Source: an uncultured bacterium
Lineage (GTDB): Bacteria; Hydrothermota; Tepidihabitantia; SM23-42; JAOAFX01
Assembly (NCBI GenBank): GCA_964418185.1
Contig: CAYQKL010000003.1
Span: forward strand, 173 to 64,172
Length of the DNA: 64,000 nucleotides
Direction: 5' to 3'
The number at the start of each line of letters is the position of its first letter. Position 1 is the first letter of the stretch. This document shows positions 18,982 to 28,587 of the stretch, piece after piece. A program made the position numbers and the translations under genes. The notes beneath the pieces were generated by a model, which worked only from the letters and a program-made list of their open reading frames with translations, made no database searches and was not told the origin of the DNA.

Positions 18982-20273
18982 TCATTCCAGATCAAATGGA
19001 ATTGCCCAAGCGGGTAAAAATCTTATCTGACAATTATCTATCTTTTCTACTTTATAGGTGTTCTTTGTTAAGATATAGCCTTTATCTACTGGATTTTCCT
19101 TTATAAATTTCCTGAAGGCATTAGAAATCTTGGGAGACCCACTCCATTTTACCTCAATGGGTATAATTCTATCTTCTCTTCTCAAAAGAAAATCAATCTC
19201 CTCACCTGCCTTTGTTCGCCAGTACCGCAACTCATCCATATCTCCAAGACACTGAAGAAGTGAGACATAAACACCAGATTCTATCAGCAACCCGGAATTA
19301 GCACGGAGTGATAGATTCTGGAATGTTTTCAATGTGTAATTTAAAAATCCAGTGTCAAGAAAGAATAATCTTGGCATCTTTATTATCTCTTTGGCACGAC
19401 TTTTTGCCCAGGGTCTCAATGTTTTTATAATAAAAGTCTCTTCAGGGATTGAAAGATAGCGCATAACCGTATTCCGGGCAATTCCGACTTCCTTGGATAT
19501 CTCAAGGCTTTTTAATAGACCACCATTCTGGGTGGCAAGGAATTCAACAAATGAACTGAATTTGACAAAGCTCTCTTCAGCCACAAGGCTGCGAATCTCT
19601 TTTTCAAGATATGTGGTTTGAATTTCTTTTAGGACCCTTACTTTCATTTCATATTCCGGGGTAAGCGCGACCTTGGGATAACCCCCATAAATAATATATT
19701 CTTCATAAGCAGAATTGATTTGTGAGAGAAAGGGTTCTGGAATTGGTTTACTCTTATATTGTTTTATAATTCTTAGTAACTCTACTCTACTTGTAAATTC
19801 CAGGAATTCCAAAAATGAAAGGGGATACAGAATAAAGACTACCTTCCTACCGGTCAAAGGTTCAGCCATTTTTAATTTCAATTTTACACTTGAAGAGCCA
19901 CTCACAATAAATTTCAATTTCGGGTAATGGTCATGGATATAATTTAAAATACTTGTGCAATTTTCCATATAATGAATCTCATCAAAGAAAACATATGTAG
20001 TTTCTTTACTTTCCTTTCGCCAGCCCATTGCATTGAGATATGAAATAACATCGCGCACAGTCTTCAGTGCATTTCTGATTTCAATATCCTCAAGGTCAAT
20101 AAAATAGGTTATTTTGCCTGCAGACTCAAGTTCTGTCTGAAGCAATCTTAAGACCGATGTTTTACCTACCTGGCGGGCACCGAGAATTACGATTATCTCA
20201 TCCCGCTCAAGCCATTTTTTATCTTTTTGATTATATCCCTATACAAATAGTTTAAACTTTTTGACACTTCCAT
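18982..20273 (-). pseudogene. AAA+ ATPase of the DUF4143 family, interrupted by a -1 frameshift in an A6 tract near the 5' end
   Basis: P-loop GARQVGKT lies upstream of the ORF-track start. The N-terminus MEVSKSLNYLYRDIIKKIK is encoded in another frame starting at ATG 20273 and joins the main frame at the A-run 20215-20220. A TTGACA-N16-TAAAAT promoter sits immediately upstream. Confidence 0.55.
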
Positions 20274-20394
20274 ATTGCAATTTTATATATAAAATTACTG
20301 ATGTCAAAGGCAATCTTCTATAATTTTTCTTGTGCCGCTAAATTTTGCAACATTTTTTAGGCAGGCGGAAAGATGTTGCAAAGTTGTCAGCACT

Positions 20395-20545
20395 GGAAGT
20401 GCCTCCTACAAAGCTCGTTAATCGTTGGACGGTGTCGCAGCCCGTATCGTCATACGTCAATGGTAATTCGAATATGATAGAGAAAAAAATCCCCTTTTGT
20501 CCCCGTTTTGGAGAGAGAGAGTAAGGGGGATTGGATTTATTGGAA
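20395..20545. repeat. Copy 1 of a ~100-150 bp interspersed/tandem repeat family
   Basis: Shares CCTCCTACAAA..CGTTAATCGTT..GGTGTCGCAGCCCGTA..AATTCGAAT with copy 2 directly downstream. Confidence 0.5.
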
Positions 20546-20549
20546 CTTG

Positions 20550-20700
20550 AAACCCTCCTACAAAAAATCGTTAATCGTTATGCGGTGTCACAGCCGTATA
20601 AAAATAAATCCGAAATTCGAATCCGCCATACTGGGTGGTGGACGAAATCCGAAACAAATTCAAATCCGCCACCCAGTTTGGCGGACTAAATGACAATTTC
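20550..20700. repeat. Copy 2 of the repeat family. Includes the stem-loop CCGCCAC-ccagttt-GGCGG followed by ACTAAAT.
   Basis: Tandem with copy 1. Its 3' half matches copy 3 at 39350-39440 (GGTGTCGCAGCCCGTA ... AATCCGCCAC..GTGGCGGACTAAAT). Confidence 0.5.
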
Positions 20701-20994
20701 TAAATTATTGCCTACACACGGGACTAAAGTCCCTACTCCATTCTTGCGGCTATTAGGCATAGATGATGGTTTAGTAATTGGGCATAGTCAATTGTTAACG
20801 GTGCACGGTAAACGTTTCACGAATTTGTCCACTTTACCTTATTTTACCCTATTCGCTCATTCTCCCTTTTGCCCTCTTTAGCCTTTTTGAGCCTTCATTA
20901 GCCTTTTTCTTTTTTGCCTTCAATTGTCCCAAATTGCCTTTTTTGCTACTCTCCTATCGCTACCTTAGAACCCATTTATCAATGGATTCTGGCC

Positions 20995-21048
20995 TTAACA
21001 ATCTTTTAACATTCGCTTAATCAAGGTTTAACATCAGAGAAGTATAAT
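20995..21048 (+). promoter_or_regulatory. Candidate Pho box: four TTAACA-like direct repeats at exact 11-bp spacing, immediately upstream of a TATAAT -10 element
   Basis: TTAACA at 20995, 21006 and 21028, and TTAATC at 21017. The -10 TATAAT is at 21043-21048. There is no -35 element. Lies upstream of the porin-pstSCAB-phoU operon. Confidence 0.45.
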
Positions 21049-21067
21049 ATGGTGTGAAAGGAGGCTT

Positions 21068-22087
21068 ATGGGTTCAATAACCAAATCCCATAAATTAATA
21101 CTAAAAATGCTGGTAGCAACAGCATTGATGTTGATGTGCTTCTCTGCGGGCTACGCAGATGCACAGATATACGGATATTTCTGGATGAGATATACCTATG
21201 AAAATCCGACCACGCCTGAAGTGGATGAGAATGAACACGAATTTGCCATAGAAAGGGGATATGTCCGTTGGAAGACAAAGACCGAGCCGGTTTCATTCTC
21301 AGGAACCATTGATATAACAAATAAAGCAAAGGCAACAAATGCCTCAGACTGGAACATCCGTCTAAAGTATGCCCAGGCTGACTGGCTATTGCCTTATATT
21401 GGAAAGACAATCCCTGATGCAAAACTGATGATTGGGCTCCAGAAGGTCTATTTTGGAATGATGGATATCTGGGAATATCCTGTGATTGAGAAGAACCTTG
21501 AGGAAGTGGAGAAAAAGACCAACAGTGCAGATTTAGGATTGGGATTATATGGTCTATTGCCCGGTGGCTATGGTGAATTTGCCCTTCAGACCTTTAATGG
21601 CAATGGCTATTCAAATGTTACAGAGAATAATACAAATAAGGCAATCTGTGGTAATCTTTCTTTAATTCCAATCTCAGGGGTTATGCTCAAGGGTTCTTTA
21701 TGGCAGGCAAAGGCACCTCAATTGATTGATTCAGTCCTTACCCAGGTTGATGAGAATAGATATGTGGGGCTTATCCAGTTTAAATATGGTCCAGCAACTC
21801 TGATTGGTGAGGTTCTTTTGACAAAAGACCATGAAACCGAGGGCTTTGGCTATTCGGGTTTTGTTGAATTTGCCATAAATAAGTATTTGAGCCTATTGGG
21901 CAGATATGATATGTGGGATAAAGATGAGTCAGAAGAGAACAATTCTCATACAAGAATTATAGCCGGGATTAATTATGCGATCGCTAATAATCTTTTAACC
22001 CAGGTGAATTATCAATTAAAATCCTATGAAGACCCGGAAGAAGATGCTGAAGATAAGATAATGGTGCAATTTAAGTATTCTTATTAA
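21068..22087 (+). CDS. Outer-membrane beta-barrel porin; possibly a phosphate-selective porin
   Basis: Signal peptide and alternating amphipathic strands. C-terminus ...QFKYSY ends in an aromatic residue, which is typical of OM beta-barrels. First gene of the pst operon. Assigning it to the OprO/P family is inference only. Confidence 0.5.
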   Translation: MGSITKSHKLILKMLVATALMLMCFSAGYADAQIYGYFWMRYTYENPTTPEVDENEHEFAIERGYVRWKTKTEPVSFSGTIDITNKAKATNASDWNIRLKYAQADWLLPYIGKTIPDAKLMIGLQKVYFGMMDIWEYPVIEKNLEEVEKKTNSADLGLGLYGLLPGGYGEFALQTFNGNGYSNVTENNTNKAICGNLSLIPISGVMLKGSLWQAKAPQLIDSVLTQVDENRYVGLIQFKYGPATLIGEVLLTKDHETEGFGYSGFVEFAINKYLSLLGRYDMWDKDESEENNSHTRIIAGINYAIANNLLTQVNYQLKSYEDPEEDAEDKIMVQFKYSY

Positions 22088-22100
22088 TTAAGGAGGTTTT

Positions 22101-22901
22101 ATGAATACTTTTAAAAGAGTAATGGTCCTTGGTTTAGGTCTATGCATTGGACTCTTTGCCCAGCAATTGACCCTCCAGGGTTCAACGACCGTTCTTCCAA
22201 TCGCTCAGGCAGCCGCAGAATCATATATGGAAAGCCATTCTGATGCTGATATTATGGTCAGAGGTGGTGGTTCAGGAACCGGTATTGCTGCATTGATTGA
22301 TAATTCTACTGATATTGCAATGGCATCAAGGCCAATGAAGACAAAAGAGGTTAAACAGGCAAGGGAAAAGGGAATTAATCCGGTCGGAACCGTAATCGCC
22401 CTGGATGGAATTGCCGTAATCGTCAATCGTAGCAACCCAATAAATGAGATATCCCTTGAGGACTTAAAAAAGATCTATACTGGAAATATCTCAAACTGGT
22501 CAAATCTTGGTGCAAAGGGTAAGATTGTAGTAGTTTCAAGGGATGCGGCATCAGGCACATTTGAGGTCTTCAATGAAAAGGTTCTTGAAGGTGCAAAACT
22601 GACTGAGAGTGCATTAATGCAGGCTTCAAACCTTGAGGTTGCAAGAACTGTTGAACAGACCCCTGGTGGTATCGGTTATGTTGGACTTGGTTATATCAGT
22701 GATAAGGTAAAGGTGCTGAAGGTAAACGGTGTTACACCATCTGAACAGACAGTCAGAAATAGTTCTTATCCCATTGCCCGACCGCTATATCTATATACAA
22801 ACGGCAATCCGTCAGGAATGAAGAAAGAATTTATAGATTTTGTCCTCTCTACTGATGGTCAAAAGATAGTCCGTGATAACGGATTTGTGCCAGTTAAATA
22901 G
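22101..22901 (+). CDS. pstS: Phosphate ABC transporter substrate-binding protein PstS
   Basis: Signal peptide and PBP-like motifs TVLPIAQAAAESY, GGGSGTGIAALIDNSTDIAMASRPMK. Confidence 0.85.
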   Translation: MNTFKRVMVLGLGLCIGLFAQQLTLQGSTTVLPIAQAAAESYMESHSDADIMVRGGGSGTGIAALIDNSTDIAMASRPMKTKEVKQAREKGINPVGTVIALDGIAVIVNRSNPINEISLEDLKKIYTGNISNWSNLGAKGKIVVVSRDAASGTFEVFNEKVLEGAKLTESALMQASNLEVARTVEQTPGGIGYVGLGYISDKVKVLKVNGVTPSEQTVRNSSYPIARPLYLYTNGNPSGMKKEFIDFVLSTDGQKIVRDNGFVPVK

Positions 22902-23072
22902 AAATCGGTGGCTCATGATCGGTGGAATAGCAAGTAGGAAATTAAAGACCCATATTTTTCGTGGGTTATCCCTATTTGCTATCCACCGATTTTTTTGCTC
23001 CTTTAGAAATTCCCTTTTTTTGCGGATGGTGGAAAAAATTACCCCGAATTCATTCATACATGAGCGATTAAG

Positions 23073-23960
23073 ATGAAGCGCCAGATAATCGAAAACTTCA
23101 TAAAGATACTGCTTTTGATTGTCGCAATGAGCGCACTTGTTTTTCTTGCGGGTATTGTGGTAGTCTTGATTACACAGGGAACACCAATTCTTAAATATGT
23201 TAGTATAAAAGATTTTTTCTTCGGAATGAGATGGTATCCAACCCATGGAGAACCAGAATTCGGTATTTTGCCAATGATTTACGGCTCATTGATTGTTACG
23301 ATAGGTGCCTTAATCTTTGCAACTCCATTAGGTATTATGTCTGCGCTTTACATTGCCGAAGTCGCACCACACTGGCTAAAGGAAACCTTGAAACCCATTA
23401 TTGAATTACTTGCTGGTATCCCTTCGGTTGTGTATGGTTTATTTGGTGCACTTTTCATCGCACCTCTTGTCCAGAAAACTTTCAATCTACCAACAGGATT
23501 AACTGCTTTTTCTGCAGCAATAGTACTGGGAATAATGATTCTACCAACAATCACAAGCATTGTTGAAGATGCCCTGACCGCAATTCCCAAAGAATACAGT
23601 GAGGCAGCACTTGCTCTTGGTGCAACAAAATGGGAAACAATGACAAAGATAATTTTACCTGCAGCATCAAGTGGTATTACTACTGGTATCGTCCTTGGTA
23701 TGGGCAGGGCGATTGGTGAGACAATGGCGGTATTGATGGTCGCAGGTGGTTCTCCGAACATTGTCTTTTCTTTCTTAAAACCGGTCCGGACTATGACCGC
23801 AACGATTGCGGCTGAAATGGCTGAGACCGTCGTGGGCAGTGAACATTACTATGCCCTTTTTGGCATTGCGATAGTCTTATTCTTATTGACTATGATATTC
23901 AATATTCTTGCTGAGCATATATCTTCTCGTTTCCATAAACGTTTTACTGCGATGAAATAA
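23073..23960 (+). CDS. pstC: Phosphate ABC transporter permease PstC
   Basis: Six TM segments and the ABC permease EAA-like loop EAALALGATKWETMTKIILP. Confidence 0.85.
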   Translation: MKRQIIENFIKILLLIVAMSALVFLAGIVVVLITQGTPILKYVSIKDFFFGMRWYPTHGEPEFGILPMIYGSLIVTIGALIFATPLGIMSALYIAEVAPHWLKETLKPIIELLAGIPSVVYGLFGALFIAPLVQKTFNLPTGLTAFSAAIVLGIMILPTITSIVEDALTAIPKEYSEAALALGATKWETMTKIILPAASSGITTGIVLGMGRAIGETMAVLMVAGGSPNIVFSFLKPVRTMTATIAAEMAETVVGSEHYYALFGIAIVLFLLTMIFNILAEHISSRFHKRFTAMK

Positions 23961-23961
23961 T

Positions 23962-24894
23962 ATGGCTAATAGTTCTTTTGAAATCGCCAACATTTTGAAT
24001 TATGTCACTAAAAATAATACAATTAAGAATATGTCTTTAAAAGAAAAGAGAAGACTTATTCAAAATATTGGAATATCTTTATTGTTCGTTGCATTATTGA
24101 TAAGTGCAGTCTTCTTGTTTATTGTTGTAATATTCATATGCCTTCAGGGATTGAAGGTCATAAACCTTGAATTTCTCTTCAGTATGCCTAAAAAATCAAT
24201 GACTGCAGGTGGGATACTTCCAGCAATATTGGGAACATTTTATCTTGCCTTAGGTTCGGTTATATTTGCCCTGCCAATAGGTGTTCTTTCCGGGATATAT
24301 CTGAACGAATATGCAAAGGATAGTTTATTATTGAGAATACTAAAAACTGGTATCAATAATCTTGCAGGTGTACCTTCTATTGTCTTTGGATTGTTTGGTC
24401 TGGCAATATTTGTGAAATTCTTTGGTTTTGGTGTTTCTATTCTCTCTGGTTCATTAACCCTGGGCATAATGATTTTACCTGTTATTATAAGCACCACAGT
24501 TGAGGCATTAAAGACTGTTCCAGATTCATTTCGTGAAGCAGCCTACGGTGTTGGTGCAACAAAATGGCAGACCATAAATGGGATTGTTCTGCCTGCGGCA
24601 TTGCCCGGAATCCTTACCGGCGTAATTCTCGCTATTGGCCGTGCTGCAGGTGAGACCGCACCGATTTTGTTTACGGCGGCAGTTTTCTTCAGTAAGAAAT
24701 TGCCCAATTCTATACTTTCACCGGTCCAGGCACTACCCTATCATATCTATGCACTGATGACCGAAGGCACATACCCGGATAAACAGATCCCCATTGCTTA
24801 TGGTTCAGCACTCGTTCTTTTAATGTTAGTCTTAGGAATGAATCTGGTCGCAATTATCATAAGAAGAAGACAGAGAAAGAAGAGATTATGGTAG
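23962..24894 (+). CDS. pstA: Phosphate ABC transporter permease PstA
   Basis: Permease fold with [20 protein letters not shown]. Confidence 0.85.
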   Translation: MANSSFEIANILNYVTKNNTIKNMSLKEKRRLIQNIGISLLFVALLISAVFLFIVVIFICLQGLKVINLEFLFSMPKKSMTAGGILPAILGTFYLALGSVIFALPIGVLSGIYLNEYAKDSLLLRILKTGINNLAGVPSIVFGLFGLAIFVKFFGFGVSILSGSLTLGIMILPVIISTTVEALKTVPDSFREAAYGVGATKWQTINGIVLPAALPGILTGVILAIGRAAGETAPILFTAAVFFSKKLPNSILSPVQALPYHIYALMTEGTYPDKQIPIAYGSALVLLMLVLGMNLVAIIIRRRQRKKRLW

Positions 24895-25700
24895 AAATTG
24901 CATTAAAGAATGAAATAAAAGAAAATACCAATGAATGCAAGATGCAGAATACAAGTATAATTGTCAAAGACCTGAATGTATTTTTTGGAAAAAATCACGC
25001 CCTCAAAAACATAAATTTAAATATCTACTGCAATAGCATTACTGCAATCATTGGTCCTTCAGGTTGTGGCAAAAGCACATTTATTCGTTGTTTGAATCGT
25101 ATGAATGATATAATTCCATCAGCAGAGATTAAAGGAGAGATCTGGTTTGATAATGTCAACATCTATGACCCGATGTATGATGTATATGATTTGAGAAAGA
25201 AAATCGGGATGGTTTTTCAAAAACCAAATCCATTTCCGAAAAGTATCTTTGAAAATTTAGCATTTGGTCTGAAGATACATGGGACTACCGACAAAAGAGA
25301 GATTGAAGAAAGGGTGGTTAATGCGCTAAAAGCAGCCGCTTTGTGGGATGAAGTTTCTGACCGTTTACACGATTCCGCTTTTTCTCTTTCTGGTGGTCAA
25401 CAGCAAAGACTCTGTATTGCACGAACCCTTGCAATAGAACCAGAAGTGATATTATTTGATGAACCCTGTTCAGCACTGGACCCTATATCTACATCAAAAA
25501 TAGAAGAGTTGATGATAAGATTAAAAGAAAAGTATACTATTGTCATCGTCACCCATAATATGCAACAGGCAGCAAGGGTCTCGGATTGGACCGCATTCTT
25601 ATATATTGGGGAGTTGATTGAATATAATCAGACTCCAAAAGTGTTCACCAATCCGAAAGACCCAAAAACCGAGGCATATATAACTGGAAGATTTGGATAA
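24888..25700 (+). CDS. pstB: Phosphate import ATP-binding protein PstB
   Basis: Walker [13 protein letters not shown] signature [15 protein letters not shown], Walker B ILFDEP. Confidence 0.9.
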   Translation: MVEIALKNEIKENTNECKMQNTSIIVKDLNVFFGKNHALKNINLNIYCNSITAIIGPSGCGKSTFIRCLNRMNDIIPSAEIKGEIWFDNVNIYDPMYDVYDLRKKIGMVFQKPNPFPKSIFENLAFGLKIHGTTDKREIEERVVNALKAAALWDEVSDRLHDSAFSLSGGQQQRLCIARTLAIEPEVILFDEPCSALDPISTSKIEELMIRLKEKYTIVIVTHNMQQAARVSDWTAFLYIGELIEYNQTPKVFTNPKDPKTEAYITGRFG

Positions 25701-25736
25701 GGATTTATAATGCATAAAAGTAATAGGAGGTAATTT

Positions 25737-25952
25737 ATGGTAATCGAAGATAAAATGGTGGAAAACAGGCAACAAAATAAAAAAATTATTGAATATTACA
25801 AGCATAAGGAAAAACTAAATCGGATAAAACCTAAGATTTTGATTCGTCATAAAAAAATTATTGAACAGATTTTGAAAGAAAATAAAAATGAAAATCTGGA
25901 TGTGAAATTGAACAAAATACAATTAGACTTATTTGGCGAAAAATTGAATTGA
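25737..25952 (+). CDS. Small lysine-rich hypothetical protein (71 aa) between pstB and phoU
   Basis: AGGAGG RBS 8 nt upstream. Its stop overlaps the phoU start (TGAcATG). No recognisable domain. Confidence 0.4.
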   Translation: MVIEDKMVENRQQNKKIIEYYKHKEKLNRIKPKILIRHKKIIEQILKENKNENLDVKLNKIQLDLFGEKLN

Positions 25953-25953
25953 C

Positions 25954-26616
25954 ATGCTGAAAGAAAAGACAGAAAAATTAAAGATAAATATAATAAGATT
26001 TGCGAGCATTGTGGAAAATATGCTAAAGGATGCGGAAACATCTGTATATACCCGCGACCATGCGGTTGCCAATAATGTAATAACCCACCTCGAACAATTG
26101 GCTAATCGCATTGAAATTGAAAATGAAACACAGTTTATTGAATTTCTTGCATTATTTCAACCAGAGGCAAGTGATTTAAGAACTGTAGTCTCTTTACTAA
26201 AGATAAATAATAATCTGGAACGAATTGCTGACCACTGCGTAAACATTGCTCAGCGTATTTCTTCATTTAATTCAATAAATAATTTCGTAAAATTAAAGGT
26301 AATGTTTAGCACTATTCAGCAGATGTTTAAGGAGACATTCAGTGCGTTTATCAATAATGATACCAGTAAGTTATTAAAAATTATAGAACAGGACAAAATA
26401 GTTGATGAAAAATTAAGGGAATTGACCGGTGAAGTAATTGATACCCTGGATAATTGTCATACAATGTCAAATAATGCAATTTCAGCATTATTAATCGGCC
26501 GGGACCTTGAACGTATCGGAGATTTGACCGTCAATATCTGCGAAGATATTATTTATATGACTAAGGGCGATGTCATAAAACACAGCCTGTATATTACCTC
26601 AGAATCAAGTTTGTAA
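25954..26616 (+). CDS. phoU: Phosphate signalling complex protein PhoU
   Basis: Two PhoU repeats with the conserved E..LER.aDH motifs (LERIADHCVNIA; LERIGDLTVNI). Confidence 0.85.
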   Translation: MLKEKTEKLKINIIRFASIVENMLKDAETSVYTRDHAVANNVITHLEQLANRIEIENETQFIEFLALFQPEASDLRTVVSLLKINNNLERIADHCVNIAQRISSFNSINNFVKLKVMFSTIQQMFKETFSAFINNDTSKLLKIIEQDKIVDEKLRELTGEVIDTLDNCHTMSNNAISALLIGRDLERIGDLTVNICEDIIYMTKGDVIKHSLYITSESSL

Positions 26617-26919
26617 AGAATATCTGCTAACCATCAAAAAAGACTGATTATCATTCGGTATTGTGCCTCGTTTAGAAAGAAGATTCCCCCCGTTTCATAA
26701 TATGTATTCAAGATTGCTGATATCTCCAAAAGATAAAAGTTTTTTTATTTGATCCCCGCGGGACTGGTGCGACCACCTGGGTGAAAAATATATTCCCCAG
26801 AAAATTAGACTAATGTAGGGACAGAGCTTGTCCCAGTCCGTAATACTCTGTCAATACGAGAATTCTCGGATTGACGGAATGAGCAAACAACAAAAATACT
26901 CATAGTTAGAATTCGTTTG

Positions 26920-26947
26920 TTGACATCACTTATGCAAAAGATATAAT
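26920..26947 (+). promoter_or_regulatory. Sigma-70-type promoter TTGACA-N16-TATAAT upstream of the GT2 gene
   Basis: Read directly in the sequence. Confidence 0.4.
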
Positions 26948-26957
26948 TGAAAAAATT

Positions 26958-28007
26958 ATGAATTACTCTGATATTGGTTTCTGGTTAATTGGCTGGTTAT
27001 TATGCATAAGAGCGAAATTTTTAAAGAATACACAACAACAAAAACTTACAGAGAAAATTTCAATAATTATTCCTGCACGCAATGAAGAAAAAAATTTATT
27101 GCGTTTGCTTGATTCTTTAAAGACACTAAATTGTGAGATAATTGTTGTAAATGATAATTCAACCGATAACACACAGACATTGTTAAAAAATTATCCTGAT
27201 GTTAAATCAGTTACATTAGTAGAAGAACCAACTGACGGCTGGACAGGAAAGACACGGGCTTGCTGGAATGGCTACCTAAAAGCCACAGGCAATCTACTGT
27301 TATTTCTGGATGCGGATGTAGAATTTGGAAAAGAAGCCCTGCAATCTATAACTGCTGAATATATAAAGCATGGTGGTTTGATTTCAGTCTGGCCCTATCA
27401 GAGATTAAAAAAATGGTATGAACATCTTATTATGCCCTTTCACCTCATTGCCATTACTTCAATGAGTAATGAATTCCTGTGGGAAAAGACAAATGGTGCA
27501 TATGGACCAGTTATGCTGACTTCAAGACAGGACTATGAAAAAGTTGGTGGCCACAGGGCAGTAAAAGACTGTATTACCGAAGATTTAGCAATTGGAAAGC
27601 TGTACTCAAAGAATAAAATACCTGTGACAAATTATCTTAGTGATGGTATAATAAAATTTCAGATGTATCCGGAAAACTTAAGACAATTGTTTGAGGGAAT
27701 AACGAAGAATGTCTCTACAGGTGCATTAAATATAGGTATTTTAAAACTATTAGCCATATTCTTATGGTTCACCGGTGGATATGCATCATTTTTAAGATTT
27801 GATTATAAAATTGAAAATCTTATATTATATTTTTTATATGTCATCCAGTTTTATGTGATAACAAGAAGGACTGGAAACTTTTCTATCCTGGATTCCCTGT
27901 TTTATCCATTCTATTTTATATATTTTCTATTTTGTTTTATATTTTCTGTTATAAGAAAGTTTTTATTCAAAAATGTCGTCTGGAAAGGGAGAAAGATAAA
28001 TGTATGA
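26958..28007 (+). CDS. Family 2 glycosyltransferase with N- and C-terminal transmembrane segments
   Basis: GT-A fold motifs IIIPARNEE...LFLDADVEF (DxD), flanked by hydrophobic helices. Confidence 0.65.
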   Translation: MNYSDIGFWLIGWLLCIRAKFLKNTQQQKLTEKISIIIPARNEEKNLLRLLDSLKTLNCEIIVVNDNSTDNTQTLLKNYPDVKSVTLVEEPTDGWTGKTRACWNGYLKATGNLLLFLDADVEFGKEALQSITAEYIKHGGLISVWPYQRLKKWYEHLIMPFHLIAITSMSNEFLWEKTNGAYGPVMLTSRQDYEKVGGHRAVKDCITEDLAIGKLYSKNKIPVTNYLSDGIIKFQMYPENLRQLFEGITKNVSTGALNIGILKLLAIFLWFTGGYASFLRFDYKIENLILYFLYVIQFYVITRRTGNFSILDSLFYPFYFIYFLFCFIFSVIRKFLFKNVVWKGRKINV

Positions 28008-28587
28008 TGTACTGGCAATAATACTACAGTATTTCTCTGGTTCAATAATGTATTCTTATTTAATTGCAAAATATAAGGGCATAGATTTAAAAAAAATCAG
28101 GGATGGCAATCCCGGATCATCAAATGTCTGGCGTGTTCTTAATTGGCGCTGGGGGCTTTTAGCACTGGTTCTGGATTATTTCAAAGGAATATTTCCGTTA
28201 TTCTTATTTGTTATCACCGGTATCGTAACAAACAAGTACATAATAGCCTTTGCCGCATTGAGTGGTATTCTGGGCCATGCATTTTCACCGATGTTAAGAT
28301 TCAGGGGTGGAAAAGCCATTGCTACCACCTTTGGTGCCTGGACTGTGCTGACGAAATGGGAGGTTCCTGTACTCCTCGGCGCTATCTTTACAATTTATGG
28401 ATTTATAAAAAAGGGAAAGAAGAGTATTGAAGAAGATGCATTCAGGGTGCTTCTGGGTTATGCCTTGCTAATTCCTTATATATTATATAAGTTACATAAT
28501 GGTGAATTGCATCTTTTGATTTTTTATCTTGGCAGTTTTTTAATCATTGGATACAAACACTGGAATGAATGGAAAAGACTGTTTTAG
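28000..28587 (+). CDS. plsY: Glycerol-3-phosphate acyltransferase PlsY
   Basis: GNPGSSNVWR (equivalent to GSGNxGATN), a 5-TM topology and a length of ~195 aa. Confidence 0.8.
   Translation: MYDVLAIILQYFSGSIMYSYLIAKYKGIDLKKIRDGNPGSSNVWRVLNWRWGLLALVLDYFKGIFPLFLFVITGIVTNKYIIAFAALSGILGHAFSPMLRFRGGKAIATTFGAWTVLTKWEVPVLLGAIFTIYGFIKKGKKSIEEDAFRVLLGYALLIPYILYKLHNGELHLLIFYLGSFLIIGYKHWNEWKRLF

Noticed and set aside
15039-20273. Global stop-codon reassignment (TAG or TAA read as sense) as the explanation for the in-frame stops
   Set aside because: More than 50 other genes in the window, including long ones (tricorn, nrdD, the cyclase-TPR protein), end at TAA/TAG/TGA with full-length homology and no internal stops. 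Both TAG and TAA would have to be recoded. A local pseudogene or readthrough explanation is more economical.
20395-20700. CRISPR array
   Set aside because: Only two tandem units of ~150 bp. There are no short regular repeat/spacer periodicity and no cas genes.
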